A stretch of DNA of 64,000 nt from an uncultured Pelagibacteraceae bacterium (GTDB taxonomy: Bacteria > Pseudomonadota > Alphaproteobacteria > Pelagibacterales > AG-422-B15), in NCBI GenBank assembly GCA_902526565.1, contig CABZLP010000002.1, positions 38,191 through 102,190 on the forward strand, read 5' to 3'. The position numbers and the translations under genes are program-made. Positions 8,953 to 20,755 of the stretch are shown piece after piece (within the stretch, counting starts at the first letter, position 1; every line of letters starts with the position of its first letter). The notes beneath the pieces were generated by a model that made no database searches, was not told where the DNA came from, and saw nothing but the letters and a program-made list of their open reading frames with translations.

Positions 8953-10406
8953 GTTAATCTTTTGATATTTTTTTCTGTTGCTTCTGTAAACGGTGCAGAA
9001 ATCATTTTACCTGCATCTAAAATATTCTGACCCTTTAAGACAGATCTCTTGTGACTAAAATTTTTAAATCCATCGTGTCCGTGATATGCGCCCATGCCGC
9101 TAGGCCCAACTCCTCCAAACGGCAAATCATGCATTGAAAATTGAAACAGAACATCGTTCATGACAGCCTGACCAGAAGATGTATTATCTAAAACATTGTT
9201 CATTTCTTCTTTATCATCACCAAAATAATAGACCGCCAATGCTTTAGGGTTTTGATTTATAAAGCTCACAGTATCTTCGAAATTTTTGTATGTTTTAATA
9301 GGCATTAAAGGGCCAAATATCTCCTCTTTCATAACTTTCATGTCATCAGTCGGATTTAGAATTAATGTTGGAACAATCTTGTGATGTTCTTGCTGTGAAA
9401 AATCTTCCTGAGCAGGATTAAGCTCGACAATAGTTGCTCCCTTTGATTTAGCGTCGTTAATTAAGTCGCGCAACCGCTCAAAATGATTTAAATGTATAAT
9501 AGATGTATAGTCTGGATTATTTTTTATCGTAGGATAGTTTTCGGCAACATGTTCCTGTGCATGCTGAACAAATTCTTCAGTTTTTCCTTCTGGAACAAAC
9601 ACGTAGTCAGGAGAAATGCATATCTGTCCAGAGTTAAGGAGTTTTCCCATCATAATTTTATCGACACTCTTCTTCATCTTAGCGTTAGGACCAACTATAA
9701 CAGGTGACTTTCCACCTAATTCCAAAGTCATTGGCACTAAGTTAGATGCAGCCTCAGAAGCTACTTTTTTTGCAACATTTGTTGAACCTGTGAAAAGTAG
9801 ATGATCAAAGGGTAGTCCTGCAAATGATTGAGATGTTTGTGGTCCACCATTAATAACCGCTACTTCATTTTCATTAAAATATTTGTTTATTAGTTTCTCG
9901 GTTAAATCAGAAGTAGCGGGTACAAATTCTGATAGTTTCATCATTGCATTGTTTCCTGCTGCGAAAATTTCAATAAGAGGTGCGATACTTAATGTCAGAG
10001 GAAAGTTCCATGGAGAAATGATACCAACAACTCCATAAGGTTGAAACTGGACATAAGCTTTTGAACCCAAAAGACCAAGAGGAAAATTAGGTTTTCGTTT
10101 TTCTGGTTTTATCCATTTTTTAATATTTTTTAAGGCGTGTTTTGCATTATTTATAACTGGCATTGTATCGGCCATAAGGCTTAATTGCTCATGACGGGTT
10201 CCAAAGTCTAGTCTCAATACTCTATGGAAATCATCAATATTTTCTTCAACTAAAGTTTGTATTCGTTTAATTCTATCGATACGATCATTTACATCAGGGT
10301 TGAAATTCTTTTGAAATGGCGCTTTCAACGTATTAAGCTTTGAAAGCATAGTTTCTTTACTAACTTCAGGATAATTACCAGTGATTGAAATATTTCCTAG
10401 TCCCAT
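8949..10406 (-). CDS. NAD(P)-dependent aldehyde dehydrogenase (ALDH3 / coniferyl-aldehyde-DH-like)
   Basis: 485 aa. Motifs: SPWNFP, FTGST, ELGGKSP, and the catalytic Cys in GQICISPDY, EEIFGP. The true start may be the internal Met at MLSKLN. Confidence 0.82.
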   Translation of the reverse strand: MGLGNISITGNYPEVSKETMLSKLNTLKAPFQKNFNPDVNDRIDRIKRIQTLVEENIDDFHRVLRLDFGTRHEQLSLMADTMPVINNAKHALKNIKKWIKPEKRKPNFPLGLLGSKAYVQFQPYGVVGIISPWNFPLTLSIAPLIEIFAAGNNAMMKLSEFVPATSDLTEKLINKYFNENEVAVINGGPQTSQSFAGLPFDHLLFTGSTNVAKKVASEAASNLVPMTLELGGKSPVIVGPNAKMKKSVDKIMMGKLLNSGQICISPDYVFVPEGKTEEFVQHAQEHVAENYPTIKNNPDYTSIIHLNHFERLRDLINDAKSKGATIVELNPAQEDFSQQEHHKIVPTLILNPTDDMKVMKEEIFGPLMPIKTYKNFEDTVSFINQNPKALAVYYFGDDKEEMNNVLDNTSSGQAVMNDVLFQFSMHDLPFGGVGPSGMGAYHGHDGFKNFSHKRSVLKGQNILDAGKMISAPFTEATEKNIKRLT

Positions 10407-10494
10407 ACAAATATAGCTTATTTCAAATCTTTATATTTTAAAATAAGAAAAAATATACTTTTTTGTTTTAAAGTTAATAGTATATTAATAATTT

Positions 10495-11286
10495 ATGAGC
10501 AACGTAGTAAAGTTAGAAACCATTGATAATGTTGCAATATTAACACTTAATGATCCTGACCGGCTAAATGCTTTATCATTAGAAATGATTGCAGAATTGC
10601 ATAAAAATGTAATTTTGATTAACAATGGCGAGATAAAAGCTCGATGTTTAGTTATAACAGGCACCGGCAAAGGGTTCTGTGCAGGAGCAAATCTTGTTGA
10701 AAGCACTGGTAAATCTAGTTTTGAAGATATTGACCCAGGTAAAGCTTTGGAAGAGCATTATCATCCCTTTTTAATTGATCTTAAAAATTTGAATATACCA
10801 CTCATAACAGCTGTCAATGGAGTAGCCGCAGGTGCAGGATGCTCGCTTGGTATTTTTGGAGATATTGTTTATGCTGCAAAATCGTCATATTTTTATCAAG
10901 CATTTAAGTTTATTGGCCTAGTAGCGGATGCCAGCTCTACTTTTGTAATACCAAGAAAGATTGGAATGGCCCGTGCATTAGAATTTTCATTAATTGGTGA
11001 AAAAGTTCAAGCTGATAAAGCGCTTGATTGGGGGCTGATAAATCATGTTGTTGAAGACGATAAGCTGATGTCGACAGTAATGGATGCTGCAACTAACCTT
11101 GCTGAAGGACCAACGGTGGCACTAGGATTAATGAAACAACTATATTGGGATAGCTTTGCAAATACATTTGAAGAGCAGATTTCAGCTGAAAGTAAAGCTC
11201 AAACTATTGCTGGAAAAACTGAGGATAGCAAAATCGGTGTAATGTCATTTATTCAAAAACAGAAACCAAAATTTAAAGGTAAATAA
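10495..11286 (+). CDS. Enoyl-CoA hydratase/isomerase (crotonase) family protein
   Basis: 263 aa. It has the crotonase fold signature: LNRPDRLNAL-like LNDPDRLNAL, GKGFCAGANL and AVNGVAAGAGCSL. Confidence 0.82.
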   Translation: MSNVVKLETIDNVAILTLNDPDRLNALSLEMIAELHKNVILINNGEIKARCLVITGTGKGFCAGANLVESTGKSSFEDIDPGKALEEHYHPFLIDLKNLNIPLITAVNGVAAGAGCSLGIFGDIVYAAKSSYFYQAFKFIGLVADASSTFVIPRKIGMARALEFSLIGEKVQADKALDWGLINHVVEDDKLMSTVMDAATNLAEGPTVALGLMKQLYWDSFANTFEEQISAESKAQTIAGKTEDSKIGVMSFIQKQKPKFKGK

Positions 11287-11287
11287 C

Positions 11288-12391
11288 TTAATCTAAATAT
11301 TTAGATAAAAAATCAGCTCTGAATTTTTCAAATTCATCATTTTCAATTGCAGTTCTAATATTACTCATCAATTCTTGATAAAAATATATGTTATGCAAAG
11401 ATAAAAGCATTCCTCCTAACATTTCTTTCGCATTGAATAAATGATGAATATAACCGGCAGAGTAGTCCCTACAAATTGGATTGTTGCTCTCTGGATCAAT
11501 TGATTCATCCATGCTTTTGTATTTAGCGTTCCTTATATTGATTGGTCCTAATTTTGTAAAAGCTTGTCCATTTCGTCCATTGCGTGTGGGCAATACGCAA
11601 TCAAACATGTCTATGCCGCGAGCAACACTTCCAATAATATCATCAGGCTTGCCTACCCCCATTAAATAGTGGGGTTTTTCTATCGGGAGCTTTGAAACCG
11701 TATAATCGAGCACGTCAAACATTTGAGTTTGAGTTTCTCCAACTGCCAAACCTCCAACTGCGTAACCGTCAAATCCGATATCACTTAATAAACTGGCAGA
11801 CTCATGTCTTAGGTCTTCGTAGGTACTTCCTTGCACAATACCAAACAATTTATTCGTGTTGTGATCTTTAAAATACGTTTTACACCTGCTTGCCCACCTC
11901 ATTGACAATTCCATTGATTGTTTTGCTTCGTCATACTCTGCTGGATAAGGGGTGCACTCATCGAATGCCATAACGATATCCGAATTTAAATCGGTTTGTA
12001 TCTCAATAGATTTTTCAGGCGATACGAATACTTTTGCCCCATCAATGTGTGATGAAAACTCAACGCCCTCTTCTGATAACTTTCTAAGATTTGACAATGA
12101 GTATACTTGATAACCACCAGAGTCTGTTAAAATAGGTTTATTCCAATTCATAAACTTATGAAGACCTCCAAAATCTTTTATTTGCTGAGATCCAGGTCTC
12201 AACATTAAATGGTACGTGTTTCCTAGTATTATTTCTGAGTTAGTTTCGTATAAATCTTTTGTGAATACAGCTTTTACTGTTGCCGCAGTTCCAACGGGCA
12301 TGAACGCAGGTGTATTGATAATCCCATTTTTTGTATTTAGTTTACCTCTACGCGCTTTGCCAACTTTATGAGTAATCTGAAAATCAGTCAT
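11288..12391 (-). CDS. tgt: Queuine tRNA-ribosyltransferase
   Basis: 367 aa. Motifs: RRGKLNTKNGIINTPAFMPVGT, LTDSGGYQV, GLAVGE and a Zn-site region with CxC-type residues. Confidence 0.94.
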   Translation of the reverse strand: MTDFQITHKVGKARRGKLNTKNGIINTPAFMPVGTAATVKAVFTKDLYETNSEIILGNTYHLMLRPGSQQIKDFGGLHKFMNWNKPILTDSGGYQVYSLSNLRKLSEEGVEFSSHIDGAKVFVSPEKSIEIQTDLNSDIVMAFDECTPYPAEYDEAKQSMELSMRWASRCKTYFKDHNTNKLFGIVQGSTYEDLRHESASLLSDIGFDGYAVGGLAVGETQTQMFDVLDYTVSKLPIEKPHYLMGVGKPDDIIGSVARGIDMFDCVLPTRNGRNGQAFTKLGPINIRNAKYKSMDESIDPESNNPICRDYSAGYIHHLFNAKEMLGGMLLSLHNIYFYQELMSNIRTAIENDEFEKFRADFLSKYLD

Positions 12392-13409
12392 TTTTGTAAA
12401 GTAAACTTACGTCTCCATATGAAAAAAAACGATAGTTATTTTTTATTGCATGATTATACATATTTTTTATTTCTTCAGTTCCACTAAACGCAGAAATAAG
12501 CAATAACAATGTTGATTTAGGTAAATGAAAATTAGTTAATAATATATCTACAACCTCAAATTTATAACCTGGTTTAATAAATATATCCGTTTCTCCCTTA
12601 AATTTATTAATTTCACCATTTATAACTGCACTTTCCAGGAGTCTTAATGTTGTGGTACCTACAGATATAATATTTCCTCCTTTTAATTTACATTCTCTTA
12701 TTCGATCAGCGCTTTTTTGGCTAATTGTTCCATGTTCTGAATGCATTTTGTGCAAATTTAAATCATCATTCCTTATTGGCAAGAATGTCCCCGCTCCTAC
12801 ATGAAGAGTTACTTCAATTAGTTGATTCTTTTTCTTAAGATGGTTAATCATAGCATCATTGAAATGTAATCCTGCAGTTGGGGCTGCTATTGAGCCCTTT
12901 TCAGCTGCATAGACTGTTTGATAATCATTGAAGTCCTTTAAGTCACTTTGCCTTTTCTTTTGTATATAAGGGGGTAAAGGCATGCTTCCCTCATTTTCTA
13001 TAAATTCATCAAATTCATTTTCTGAACAAGTAAATTTCACTTCAATTTCTCCATATGTGAGTTTTTTACTAACGATGCATGAAATGCTCTTATTAAATTC
13101 AATGGTTTGTCCAGCACTTAATTTTTTTCCTGGCTTTGCAAATGCAAGCCAGTTTGTTTCACCAATTTTTTTATGTAAGGTAATAAGAAAATTTACTTCC
13201 GTGCTTTGTCCTTTGAGGAGTATGGGAATAACTTTAGTATTGTTTATGACAACTAGGTCTTTTTCACCAACATAGTCTAAAAAATTAGAAAAACTTGTAT
13301 CAATATATGAATTATTGTAAACAAGCATCTTTGACCCTTGTCTAGGACTACAAGGCCTGTCCGCAATCAACTCATCAGGCAGATCAAAGTCATAATGACT
13401 TAGTTTCAT
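12384..13409 (-). CDS. queA: S-adenosylmethionine:tRNA ribosyltransferase-isomerase
   Basis: 341 aa. Motifs: MKLSHYDFDLPDELIADRP start, AAPTAGLHF, VGTTTLRLLES, RFFSYGD. Its 3' end overlaps the start of tgt by 8 nt. Confidence 0.94.
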   Translation of the reverse strand: MKLSHYDFDLPDELIADRPCSPRQGSKMLVYNNSYIDTSFSNFLDYVGEKDLVVINNTKVIPILLKGQSTEVNFLITLHKKIGETNWLAFAKPGKKLSAGQTIEFNKSISCIVSKKLTYGEIEVKFTCSENEFDEFIENEGSMPLPPYIQKKRQSDLKDFNDYQTVYAAEKGSIAAPTAGLHFNDAMINHLKKKNQLIEVTLHVGAGTFLPIRNDDLNLHKMHSEHGTISQKSADRIRECKLKGGNIISVGTTTLRLLESAVINGEINKFKGETDIFIKPGYKFEVVDILLTNFHLPKSTLLLLISAFSGTEEIKNMYNHAIKNNYRFFSYGDVSLLYKND

Positions 13410-13412
13410 TAT

Positions 13413-13964
13413 TTAGAGGTCAGCAAGAACCTTTACTGAAACCATTTCATCAGGATCATCTACGGTCCCAGATCCAGGTTCGCCCCTTTTCAAGCCATCA
13501 ACATATTCCATTCCTTCGATTACTTGCCCGAATACGGTGTATTGTCCATCTAAGTGAGGAGCTGCATCAAAGCATATAAAGAATTGGCTGTTTGCAGAGT
13601 CTGGATCAGCAGTTCTTGCCATTGAAACAGTGCCTCTTAAATGAGAGGTATTGCTAAATTCATTTTTTAAATCAGGCTTATTGGAGCCGCCTGTTCCATT
13701 TCTATTTTCTCCATCACCTGTTTGTGCCATGAAGCCCTCTATTACCCTGTGAAAAGGAACTCCGTCATAAAAACCTTCTCTCGCAAGTTCTTTAATTCTT
13801 ATTGAATGATTGGGAGCAATGTCTGGCATTAACTCTATTATTACGTTTCCACTCGTTAGTTCAATCTGAATGGTATTTTCAGGATCTTTAGCCATGTACT
13901 CTCCTTCCGCATTTGCTGCTGTTATTAGAAAAAATAAAGAAAAAATGATCTTTATAAAATTCAT
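13413..13964 (-). CDS. Periplasmic cyclophilin-type peptidyl-prolyl cis-trans isomerase
   Basis: 183 aa. An N-terminal signal peptide (MNFIKIIFSLFFLITAANA) is followed by cyclophilin motifs FHRVIEGFMAQTGD and SANSQFFI. Confidence 0.9.
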   Translation of the reverse strand: MNFIKIIFSLFFLITAANAEGEYMAKDPENTIQIELTSGNVIIELMPDIAPNHSIRIKELAREGFYDGVPFHRVIEGFMAQTGDGENRNGTGGSNKPDLKNEFSNTSHLRGTVSMARTADPDSANSQFFICFDAAPHLDGQYTVFGQVIEGMEYVDGLKRGEPGSGTVDDPDEMVSVKVLADL

Positions 13965-13966
13965 AT

Positions 13967-14446
13967 TTATTTATACTTATCCTTAAGTTTGCTTGCCACA
14001 AACTTGTTGGTAAAATTACTAATATCTCCACCCAAACGTGCAATTTCTTTTACAAAGTTCGACGAAATGGATTGTCGCTGTGCATCAGCCATTAAAAAAA
14101 CTGTTTCAATCTTTGAATCAAGTTGCCTATTCATACCCAGCATTTGAAATTCATATTCGAAATCTGAAACTACTCTTAAACCTCTAATAAGGATTTCAGC
14201 TTTTAATGAATTGGCAAGATCAATTAAAAGATTGTCAAATGCAATTACTTCAATACTACTATTGCCCGAAAACTCCTCCTCAATCATTTCTTTTCTTTCA
14301 TCTAGATTAAATAAAGGTTTTTTATGAGGACTGTCCGCAACTGCTATATAAAGCTTATCTACAAGCTTTGTTGCTCTGTTTATGATATCTATATGCCCTT
14401 TATGAATAGGGTCAAAACTTCCAGGGTATATGCCGGTTCTGTTCAT
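13967..14446 (-). CDS. coaD: Pantetheine-phosphate adenylyltransferase
   Basis: 159 aa. It shows the GIYPGSFDPIHKGHIDII nucleotidyltransferase signature and has the typical CoaD length. Confidence 0.93.
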   Translation of the reverse strand: MNRTGIYPGSFDPIHKGHIDIINRATKLVDKLYIAVADSPHKKPLFNLDERKEMIEEEFSGNSSIEVIAFDNLLIDLANSLKAEILIRGLRVVSDFEYEFQMLGMNRQLDSKIETVFLMADAQRQSISSNFVKEIARLGGDISNFTNKFVASKLKDKYK

Positions 14447-14489
14447 GACTGGACTATATATCGATTATTATTTTAGCTCTAGTAATTTA

Positions 14490-17195
14490 TTAATTATCTA
14501 TCTCAACTCTCGATGCAGAAACAACTTTTTCATTATCGTTTGTTTTAAATATGCTAACACCCTGAGTATTTCTACCTGCTATCCTAACATCTTTAACAGG
14601 GCAGCGAATAACTTGTCCTGATTTAGTAATAAGCATTATGTCATCATCATTGTTGACGGGAAATGATGCTAAAACATTTCCGTTTCTATCAGATGTAGCA
14701 ATACACATTATGCCTGATCCACCCCTGTTTGATATTCTGAATTGATAAGAAGAGGAGCGTTTTCCAAAACCATTTTCTGTAAGAGTTAAAATAAACTGTT
14801 CTTGAGCCTTCATTTCATCGTATCTTTCATTACTTAACTTTACTTCTGCTTCAAAAACATCACTCTCACTGTTGTCGTTATCGATATTATCATCGTTATC
14901 TTTTTCTTTAGAACGCATTTTTAAATAAGCCTTGGACTCACCTGATGTAGTATCTGTGTGGGATATGACTGAAATAGAAATAATTTCATCCCCCTTGACT
15001 AATTTGATTCCTCTCACACCCGTTGATGTTCTGCTTTTTGTCGTTCTAAGTTTTTCGACAGGTGTTCTAATACACTTTCCAAATTTTGTTGTGAGAAGTA
15101 TATCGTCAGCATTAGTACATAATTTTACTCCAACTATACTATTATCACCAGTAAGCTTCATAGCAATTTTACCATTTGCTTGTATGCGTTTAAAATCCTC
15201 TAGACTATTTTTCCTTACACTGCCGTCCGCTGTGGCGAAGACAAGAAAATCACTATCGTCATCCATTTTCATTTCTGGCAGAACTAAGATACTTGAAAGC
15301 CTGTCTTTTTCTTTAAGGTTCAACAAATTAACAATCGCTTTGCCTTTTGCTTGAGGAGAAGATTCTGGTATTTTCCAGGTCTTAAGTTTGAACGCTATTC
15401 CACTAGAAGTGAAGAAAAGCATATTGTCATGTGTGCTTGCTGTAAAAACTTGAGTCACAAAATCTTCATCATTTGTTTTCATGCCAGCTCTACCCTTACC
15501 GCCTCTTTTCTGAGCTCTATACATGTTTAATGGAACTCTTTTTATATACCCAGAATTAGTAACACTTACGACCATGTCACTTCGTTGGACGAGATCTTCT
15601 TGAACGATCTCTGATGCCTCTCCCTCATTAATATCGGTACGGCGTGGAATATCAAACTGTTCTCTAATTGAGTCTAATTCATCATTAATTACCTTTTTCA
15701 ATACACTATTGTCTTTCAGAACAGATAAAAAATAACTAATTTTTTTCGACAATTCTGATAATTCTCCTTTGATTTCATCTTTTCCCAATGCAGTAAGACG
15801 TTGAAGTCTTAGCTCTAAGATTGCTTTAGCTTGTTCCTCTGTGAGGTAAACTTCTTTATCATTTTTTACTTGTCTGGGATCGTCTACGATTTTAAGTAGA
15901 TCGATTATATCTTCTGTCTTCCATTTGGTTTTTAGTAAAGATGTTTTAGCTTCATTTGGATCTTTTGAAGATTTAATTATGTCTATTACGCTATCAACAT
16001 TTGCAACAGCTATTGCAAGCCCAATTAGTGTATGAGCACGATCTCTTGCCTTAGATAAATCATACCTTGTTCTATTAGAAATGATATCTTTCCTAAATTG
16101 CACAAAATGATAGATGAACTCTTTTATGTTCATTAATTTTGGCTTGCCATTTGTTAAGGCTAAAGAATTAACCCCGTAAGAACTCTGCAATGAAGTATAT
16201 TTGTACAGCTTATTAAGTATAATCTGAGCAATGACGCCTTTTTTTAATTCAACAACAACACGAACTCCTTGGCGATCTGACTCATCTCTCAAATCGCTAA
16301 TCCCCTCTATTTTTTTATCTCTTACTAATTCTGCTATCTTTTCTAATAAGACTGATTTATTTACTTGATAAGGAATTTCTGTAAAAACAATTGCTTCACG
16401 ATCATTTTTAAACTCCTCAATCATTGACTTAGCTTGGACCACGATGGAACCTCTCCCTGTAGATTGAGAAGCTTTAATACCACTTGTTCCTATTATTGTT
16501 CCACCAGTTGGAAAATCTGGTCCCTTAATAATTTGATTTATTTTGTCAAAGGAAATTTGATCGTCTTCTAAAAATGCCTTACACGCGTCAACTACTTCCC
16601 CTAGATTGTGAGGAAGGATATTTGTAGCCATGCCTACAGCTATACCACCAGCGCCGTTAACTAATAAATTTGGATATTTTGCAGGTAGAACTGTTGGCTC
16701 ACTCTCTGTCTCATCATAATTTGGCCTGAACTCTACAGTATTTTTTTCGATGTCTTCTAAAAGGAAACTTGAGATTTTTGCCATACGGACTTCTGTATAA
16801 CGCATAGCCGCTGCCTTATCTCCATCCATTGAACCAAAGTTACCTTGACCATCAATAAGTGTGGCGCTCATTGAAAAATCCTGTGCCAACCTAACAAGTG
16901 CATCGTAAACCGCTTGATCTCCATGAGGGTGATACTTACCGATCACGTCTCCTACAACTCTGGCACTTTTCCTGTGCTGTTTATTCCATTCGTAGCCTGA
17001 CTCATGCATGGCATATAATATTCTTCGATGAACAGGCTTTAGTCCGTCTCTCACATCAGGTAATGCCCTACTGACAATCACACTCATTGCATAATCCAGA
17101 TATGAATTCTGCATTTCAGTATCAATTAGTATGGGAATAATTGATTGCTCTTCAGGCGTTTTCAGATCTTCATTTTGATCTTTAGAATCACTCAA
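14490..17195 (-). CDS. gyrA: DNA gyrase subunit A
   Basis: 901 aa. Motifs: [33 protein letters not shown], the active-site region AAMRYTE, and a C-terminal beta-pinwheel repeat region containing an acidic D/N-rich insert. The start codon at 17193-17195 is TTG and no nearby in-frame ATG exists. Confidence 0.95.
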   Translation of the reverse strand: MSDSKDQNEDLKTPEEQSIIPILIDTEMQNSYLDYAMSVIVSRALPDVRDGLKPVHRRILYAMHESGYEWNKQHRKSARVVGDVIGKYHPHGDQAVYDALVRLAQDFSMSATLIDGQGNFGSMDGDKAAAMRYTEVRMAKISSFLLEDIEKNTVEFRPNYDETESEPTVLPAKYPNLLVNGAGGIAVGMATNILPHNLGEVVDACKAFLEDDQISFDKINQIIKGPDFPTGGTIIGTSGIKASQSTGRGSIVVQAKSMIEEFKNDREAIVFTEIPYQVNKSVLLEKIAELVRDKKIEGISDLRDESDRQGVRVVVELKKGVIAQIILNKLYKYTSLQSSYGVNSLALTNGKPKLMNIKEFIYHFVQFRKDIISNRTRYDLSKARDRAHTLIGLAIAVANVDSVIDIIKSSKDPNEAKTSLLKTKWKTEDIIDLLKIVDDPRQVKNDKEVYLTEEQAKAILELRLQRLTALGKDEIKGELSELSKKISYFLSVLKDNSVLKKVINDELDSIREQFDIPRRTDINEGEASEIVQEDLVQRSDMVVSVTNSGYIKRVPLNMYRAQKRGGKGRAGMKTNDEDFVTQVFTASTHDNMLFFTSSGIAFKLKTWKIPESSPQAKGKAIVNLLNLKEKDRLSSILVLPEMKMDDDSDFLVFATADGSVRKNSLEDFKRIQANGKIAMKLTGDNSIVGVKLCTNADDILLTTKFGKCIRTPVEKLRTTKSRTSTGVRGIKLVKGDEIISISVISHTDTTSGESKAYLKMRSKEKDNDDNIDNDNSESDVFEAEVKLSNERYDEMKAQEQFILTLTENGFGKRSSSYQFRISNRGGSGIMCIATSDRNGNVLASFPVNNDDDIMLITKSGQVIRCPVKDVRIAGRNTQGVSIFKTNDNEKVVSASRVEIDN

Positions 17196-17316
17196 ATTTA
17201 AAACCTATAGGAAGGATATATTCCCCAGAAAACTAAGAAAAATAGCCATTAAATTGTTATTAAAATATATGAAATTATAACAGAAAAAAGTATGTTTTTC
17301 GAATTAAAAATTATGC

Positions 17317-17775
17317 TTAAAAGGGAATTTCATCGTCAATATCAATGTCTTCTGGGGATGAATCTATGGTGGCTTGATTCATATCGGAAGACATATCAGA
17401 AATTGATTCTGAACTGCCTGAACCACGTGAATCTAGCATGGTTAGCGTACCATTATAGTTACCCAAGATTACTTCTGTCGTATATTTTTCATTACCGTTT
17501 TGATCTGTGAATTTTCTTGTCTGTAATTGTCCCTCTATGTAAAGCTTCGAGCCTTTCTTAACGTAACTCTCAACAACACCTGCTAAACCATCGTTAAATA
17601 TGACTATTCTGTGCCAGCTAGTTTTTTCTTTTTTCTCACCAGTTGATTTATCTTTCCAAGACTCTGAGGTTGCTAGACTTAATTGGGCTAATCTTTTTCC
17701 ATCCTGTGTTTGTCTGATTACAGGATCAGCTCCTATGTTGCCAATAAGCATTACTTTATTAAGACTTGAAGCCAT
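17317..17775 (-). CDS. ssb: Single-stranded DNA-binding protein
   Basis: 152 aa. It starts LNKVMLIGNIGADP, has an OB fold, and ends in the acidic tail DIDDEIPF. Confidence 0.94.
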   Translation of the reverse strand: MASSLNKVMLIGNIGADPVIRQTQDGKRLAQLSLATSESWKDKSTGEKKEKTSWHRIVIFNDGLAGVVESYVKKGSKLYIEGQLQTRKFTDQNGNEKYTTEVILGNYNGTLTMLDSRGSGSSESISDMSSDMNQATIDSSPEDIDIDDEIPF

Positions 17776-17884
17776 AAAAACTAATTTAACTAGTTAATAA
17801 GTAAGTGTATATAAAAAAAGGCTATTCTATAACTTTATACACAGGATATCTTTAAATAGTTACCATAAGGATTAATTGAAGAAT

Positions 17885-20713
17885 ATGAACAAAAATATTT
17901 CAGTTCAAGGAGCAAGAGAGCACAATCTCAAAAATATTAACGTAAAAATACCAAGAGAAAAACTTACTATTATCACAGGACTTTCTGGTTCGGGTAAATC
18001 TTCTTTAGCTTTCGACACGATTTATGCGGAAGGTCAAAGAAGATATGTAGAAAGTCTTTCAGCGTATGCAAGACAGTTTCTTCAAATGATGCAAAAGCCT
18101 AATGTTGATTTGATTGAGGGACTAAGTCCCGCCATCTCAATTGAGCAAAAAACAACTTCTAAAAACCCAAGATCCACCGTGGGTACCGTTACAGAAGTTT
18201 ACGATTATTTAAGACTACTATTTGCACGCATCGGCGTACCCTATTCACCAGCAACTGGACTTCCAATTAAGAGTCAAACAGTTACTCAGATTGTAGATCA
18301 AATTAAAAATAGAAAGATCGGTTCAAGATTTTTAATTTTATCTCCAATTATTAGAGGTAGAAAAGGTGAATATCGAAAAGAATTACAAGAATTACAAAAA
18401 AAAGGGTTTCAAAGAGTAAAAATAGATGGAGAAATATATGAGTTTGACTCCCTCCCAAATCTGGACAAAAAAAAGAAGCATAATATTGAAGTTGTTGTAG
18501 ATAGAATTGTTCTAAGCGACGACATTGGAAACAGGTTGGCAGATAGTGTTGAGACAGCTCTAAATCTATCAGATGGTCTTGTTGTTGTTGAGGACGTTAA
18601 TGAGAAATCTGAGAAACCCCATCAAGATCTTTTTTCATCAAAATTTGCATGTCCTGTTTCTGGTTTCACTATAGATGAAATTGAACCAAGGCTTTTTTCA
18701 TTTAATAATCCCTTTGGTGCATGTGCTGAGTGTGATGGGATTGGAACTGATCTTTCTATCGATCCAAATCTAGTTGTCCCGAATAAAAACTTATCAATCA
18801 ATGAAGATGCTTTAGCTCCCTGGCCCGTTTCAAAATATGGCTATTTTAGAAATATCCTTGAAACTGTGTCAAGAAAATACAAATTCTCACTTAATACCCC
18901 ATGGAAAAATCTTGGTAAGAAAATTCAAAACATTGTTCTCTACGGAACTGGTGATACGGAACTTACGTTTACATACGACGACGGGTATGAATATGAGAGA
19001 TCTTTTGAGGGTGTCATAAATAATCTGGAAAGAAGATTTCTTGAAACTGAAAGTGATTGGATGAGAGGAAGAATTGAGAGGTATCAGGGTGAAGTAAAAT
19101 GCGAACCTTGTTCAGGATTTAGGCTAAAAGAAGAAGCACTTGCTGTAAAGATTGATAAACTTCATATTGGCCAAGTCTGTGATAAATCAATAAAAGAATT
19201 ACTCTTGTGGTTTGGAAACCTTGAGAAAAAATTAACAAAAAAAGAAAAGGAAATATCGTATCGGATACTTAAAGAATTGAATGAAAGAATATTGTTCCTG
19301 AATAATGTTGGTCTTGAATACCTAACTCTTTCACGTGGATCTGGAAGTTTGTCAGGTGGTGAGTCGCAAAGAATAAGATTGGCATCACAAATAGGATCTG
19401 GATTGACTGGAGTATTATATGTATTAGACGAGCCCTCAATTGGACTTCATCAAAGAGATAATGAAAGATTAATAAAAACTCTTAAAAGGCTTCGCGATCT
19501 TGGAAATACTGTAATCGTTGTAGAGCACGATGAGGAGGCAATCACAACAGCTGATCATATTGTTGATCTTGGTCCAGCAGCAGGGGTTAATGGTGGAAAA
19601 GTTGTAGCTGAAGGTGATGTAAAGCAAATCAGGAAGAATAAAAATAGTATCACTGGTCAGTATCTATCAGGCAAACTTAAGATTGAAATACCAAAAATAC
19701 GAAGAACGGCCCTTGAGAATAAGTATTTAAAAATTGTAGATGCGAGTGGAAACAATCTAAAAAATGTAAGTTGCGAAATACCTCTGGGCACACTTACATG
19801 CATTACAGGAGTATCAGGAAGTGGGAAATCAACTCTTACAATAAACACTCTATATAAGTCAGTTGCTCAAAGTCTTAATGGATCTCGACACACAGTTGCT
19901 AAGCATAAAGAAATAAAAGGCCTCAATGAGTTAGATAAGGTAATAGACATTGATCAATCACCTATTGGAAGAACGCCAAGATCTAACCCAGCAACTTATA
20001 CCGGAGCTTTTACATTTATTAGGGACTGGTTCACAGGTTTACCTGAGTCTAAAGCCAGAGGATACAAGCCCGGCCGATTTTCTTTCAATGTTAAGGGAGG
20101 ACGTTGTGAAGCGTGTGAAGGTGATGGCGTTATAAAAATTGAAATGCATTTCCTACCTGATGTATATGTCACTTGCGATGAGTGTGAAGGCAAAAGATAT
20201 AATAGGGAAACTCTTGAAATTAAATACAAAGATAAAAGTATAGCTGACATTTTAAGCATGACAGTGGACGAGGGTTGCAAATTCTTTGAAGCAATACCGA
20301 TGATCAAAAATAAATTAATAACTCTTCAAAATGTAGGTCTTGGCTATATTAAGATTGGCCAACAGGCCACTACTCTGTCAGGAGGTGAAGCTCAGAGAAT
20401 TAAGTTATCAAAAGAGCTCTCAAAGAGAGCTACAGGTAAAACTTTATATGTATTAGATGAGCCCACTACAGGACTACATGTTCATGATATCAAAAAACTT
20501 TTAGAAGTATTGCAAATATTGGTAGAACAAGGAAATACAGTTGTTGTTATTGAACATAACCTAGACGTAATTAAAACAGCTGACTGGATCATAGATTTAG
20601 GTCCAGAAGGTGGAGATGGCGGTGGTGAAATTGTAGGATCAGGATCGCCAGAAATAATAGCTAAAATAAAGAAAAGCTACACAGGTCAATACCTAAAACA
20701 AATCTTAAAATAA
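17885..20713 (+). CDS. uvrA: Excinuclease ABC subunit A
   Basis: The track ORF starts at TTG 17876. I prefer ATG 17885 ([18 protein letters not shown]). It has two ABC ATPase modules ([22 protein letters not shown]; [16 protein letters not shown]) and Zn-finger CxxC pairs. Confidence 0.95.
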   Translation: MNKNISVQGAREHNLKNINVKIPREKLTIITGLSGSGKSSLAFDTIYAEGQRRYVESLSAYARQFLQMMQKPNVDLIEGLSPAISIEQKTTSKNPRSTVGTVTEVYDYLRLLFARIGVPYSPATGLPIKSQTVTQIVDQIKNRKIGSRFLILSPIIRGRKGEYRKELQELQKKGFQRVKIDGEIYEFDSLPNLDKKKKHNIEVVVDRIVLSDDIGNRLADSVETALNLSDGLVVVEDVNEKSEKPHQDLFSSKFACPVSGFTIDEIEPRLFSFNNPFGACAECDGIGTDLSIDPNLVVPNKNLSINEDALAPWPVSKYGYFRNILETVSRKYKFSLNTPWKNLGKKIQNIVLYGTGDTELTFTYDDGYEYERSFEGVINNLERRFLETESDWMRGRIERYQGEVKCEPCSGFRLKEEALAVKIDKLHIGQVCDKSIKELLLWFGNLEKKLTKKEKEISYRILKELNERILFLNNVGLEYLTLSRGSGSLSGGESQRIRLASQIGSGLTGVLYVLDEPSIGLHQRDNERLIKTLKRLRDLGNTVIVVEHDEEAITTADHIVDLGPAAGVNGGKVVAEGDVKQIRKNKNSITGQYLSGKLKIEIPKIRRTALENKYLKIVDASGNNLKNVSCEIPLGTLTCITGVSGSGKSTLTINTLYKSVAQSLNGSRHTVAKHKEIKGLNELDKVIDIDQSPIGRTPRSNPATYTGAFTFIRDWFTGLPESKARGYKPGRFSFNVKGGRCEACEGDGVIKIEMHFLPDVYVTCDECEGKRYNRETLEIKYKDKSIADILSMTVDEGCKFFEAIPMIKNKLITLQNVGLGYIKIGQQATTLSGGEAQRIKLSKELSKRATGKTLYVLDEPTTGLHVHDIKKLLEVLQILVEQGNTVVVIEHNLDVIKTADWIIDLGPEGGDGGGEIVGSGSPEIIAKIKKSYTGQYLKQILK

Positions 20714-20755
20714 AAAATATTTGCCTGTAACAAAATTCGTGTTAAATATCTAGTA

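Noticed and set aside
10434-10445. The palindrome TATTTTAAAATA in the aldehyde-DH/crotonase divergent spacer.
   Set aside because: It is pure A/T low-complexity sequence and is expected by chance in AT-rich spacers.
17786-17797. A perfect 12-bp palindrome, TTAACTAGTTAA, lies in the ssb/uvrA divergent spacer. I considered it as a possible SOS operator.
   Set aside because: My rough estimate for this base composition predicts tens of 12-bp perfect palindromes per 64 kb by chance. The spacer contains no alphaproteobacterial LexA box (GAAC-N7-GAAC / GTTC-N7-GTTC) and no E. coli-type CTGT-N8-ACAG.
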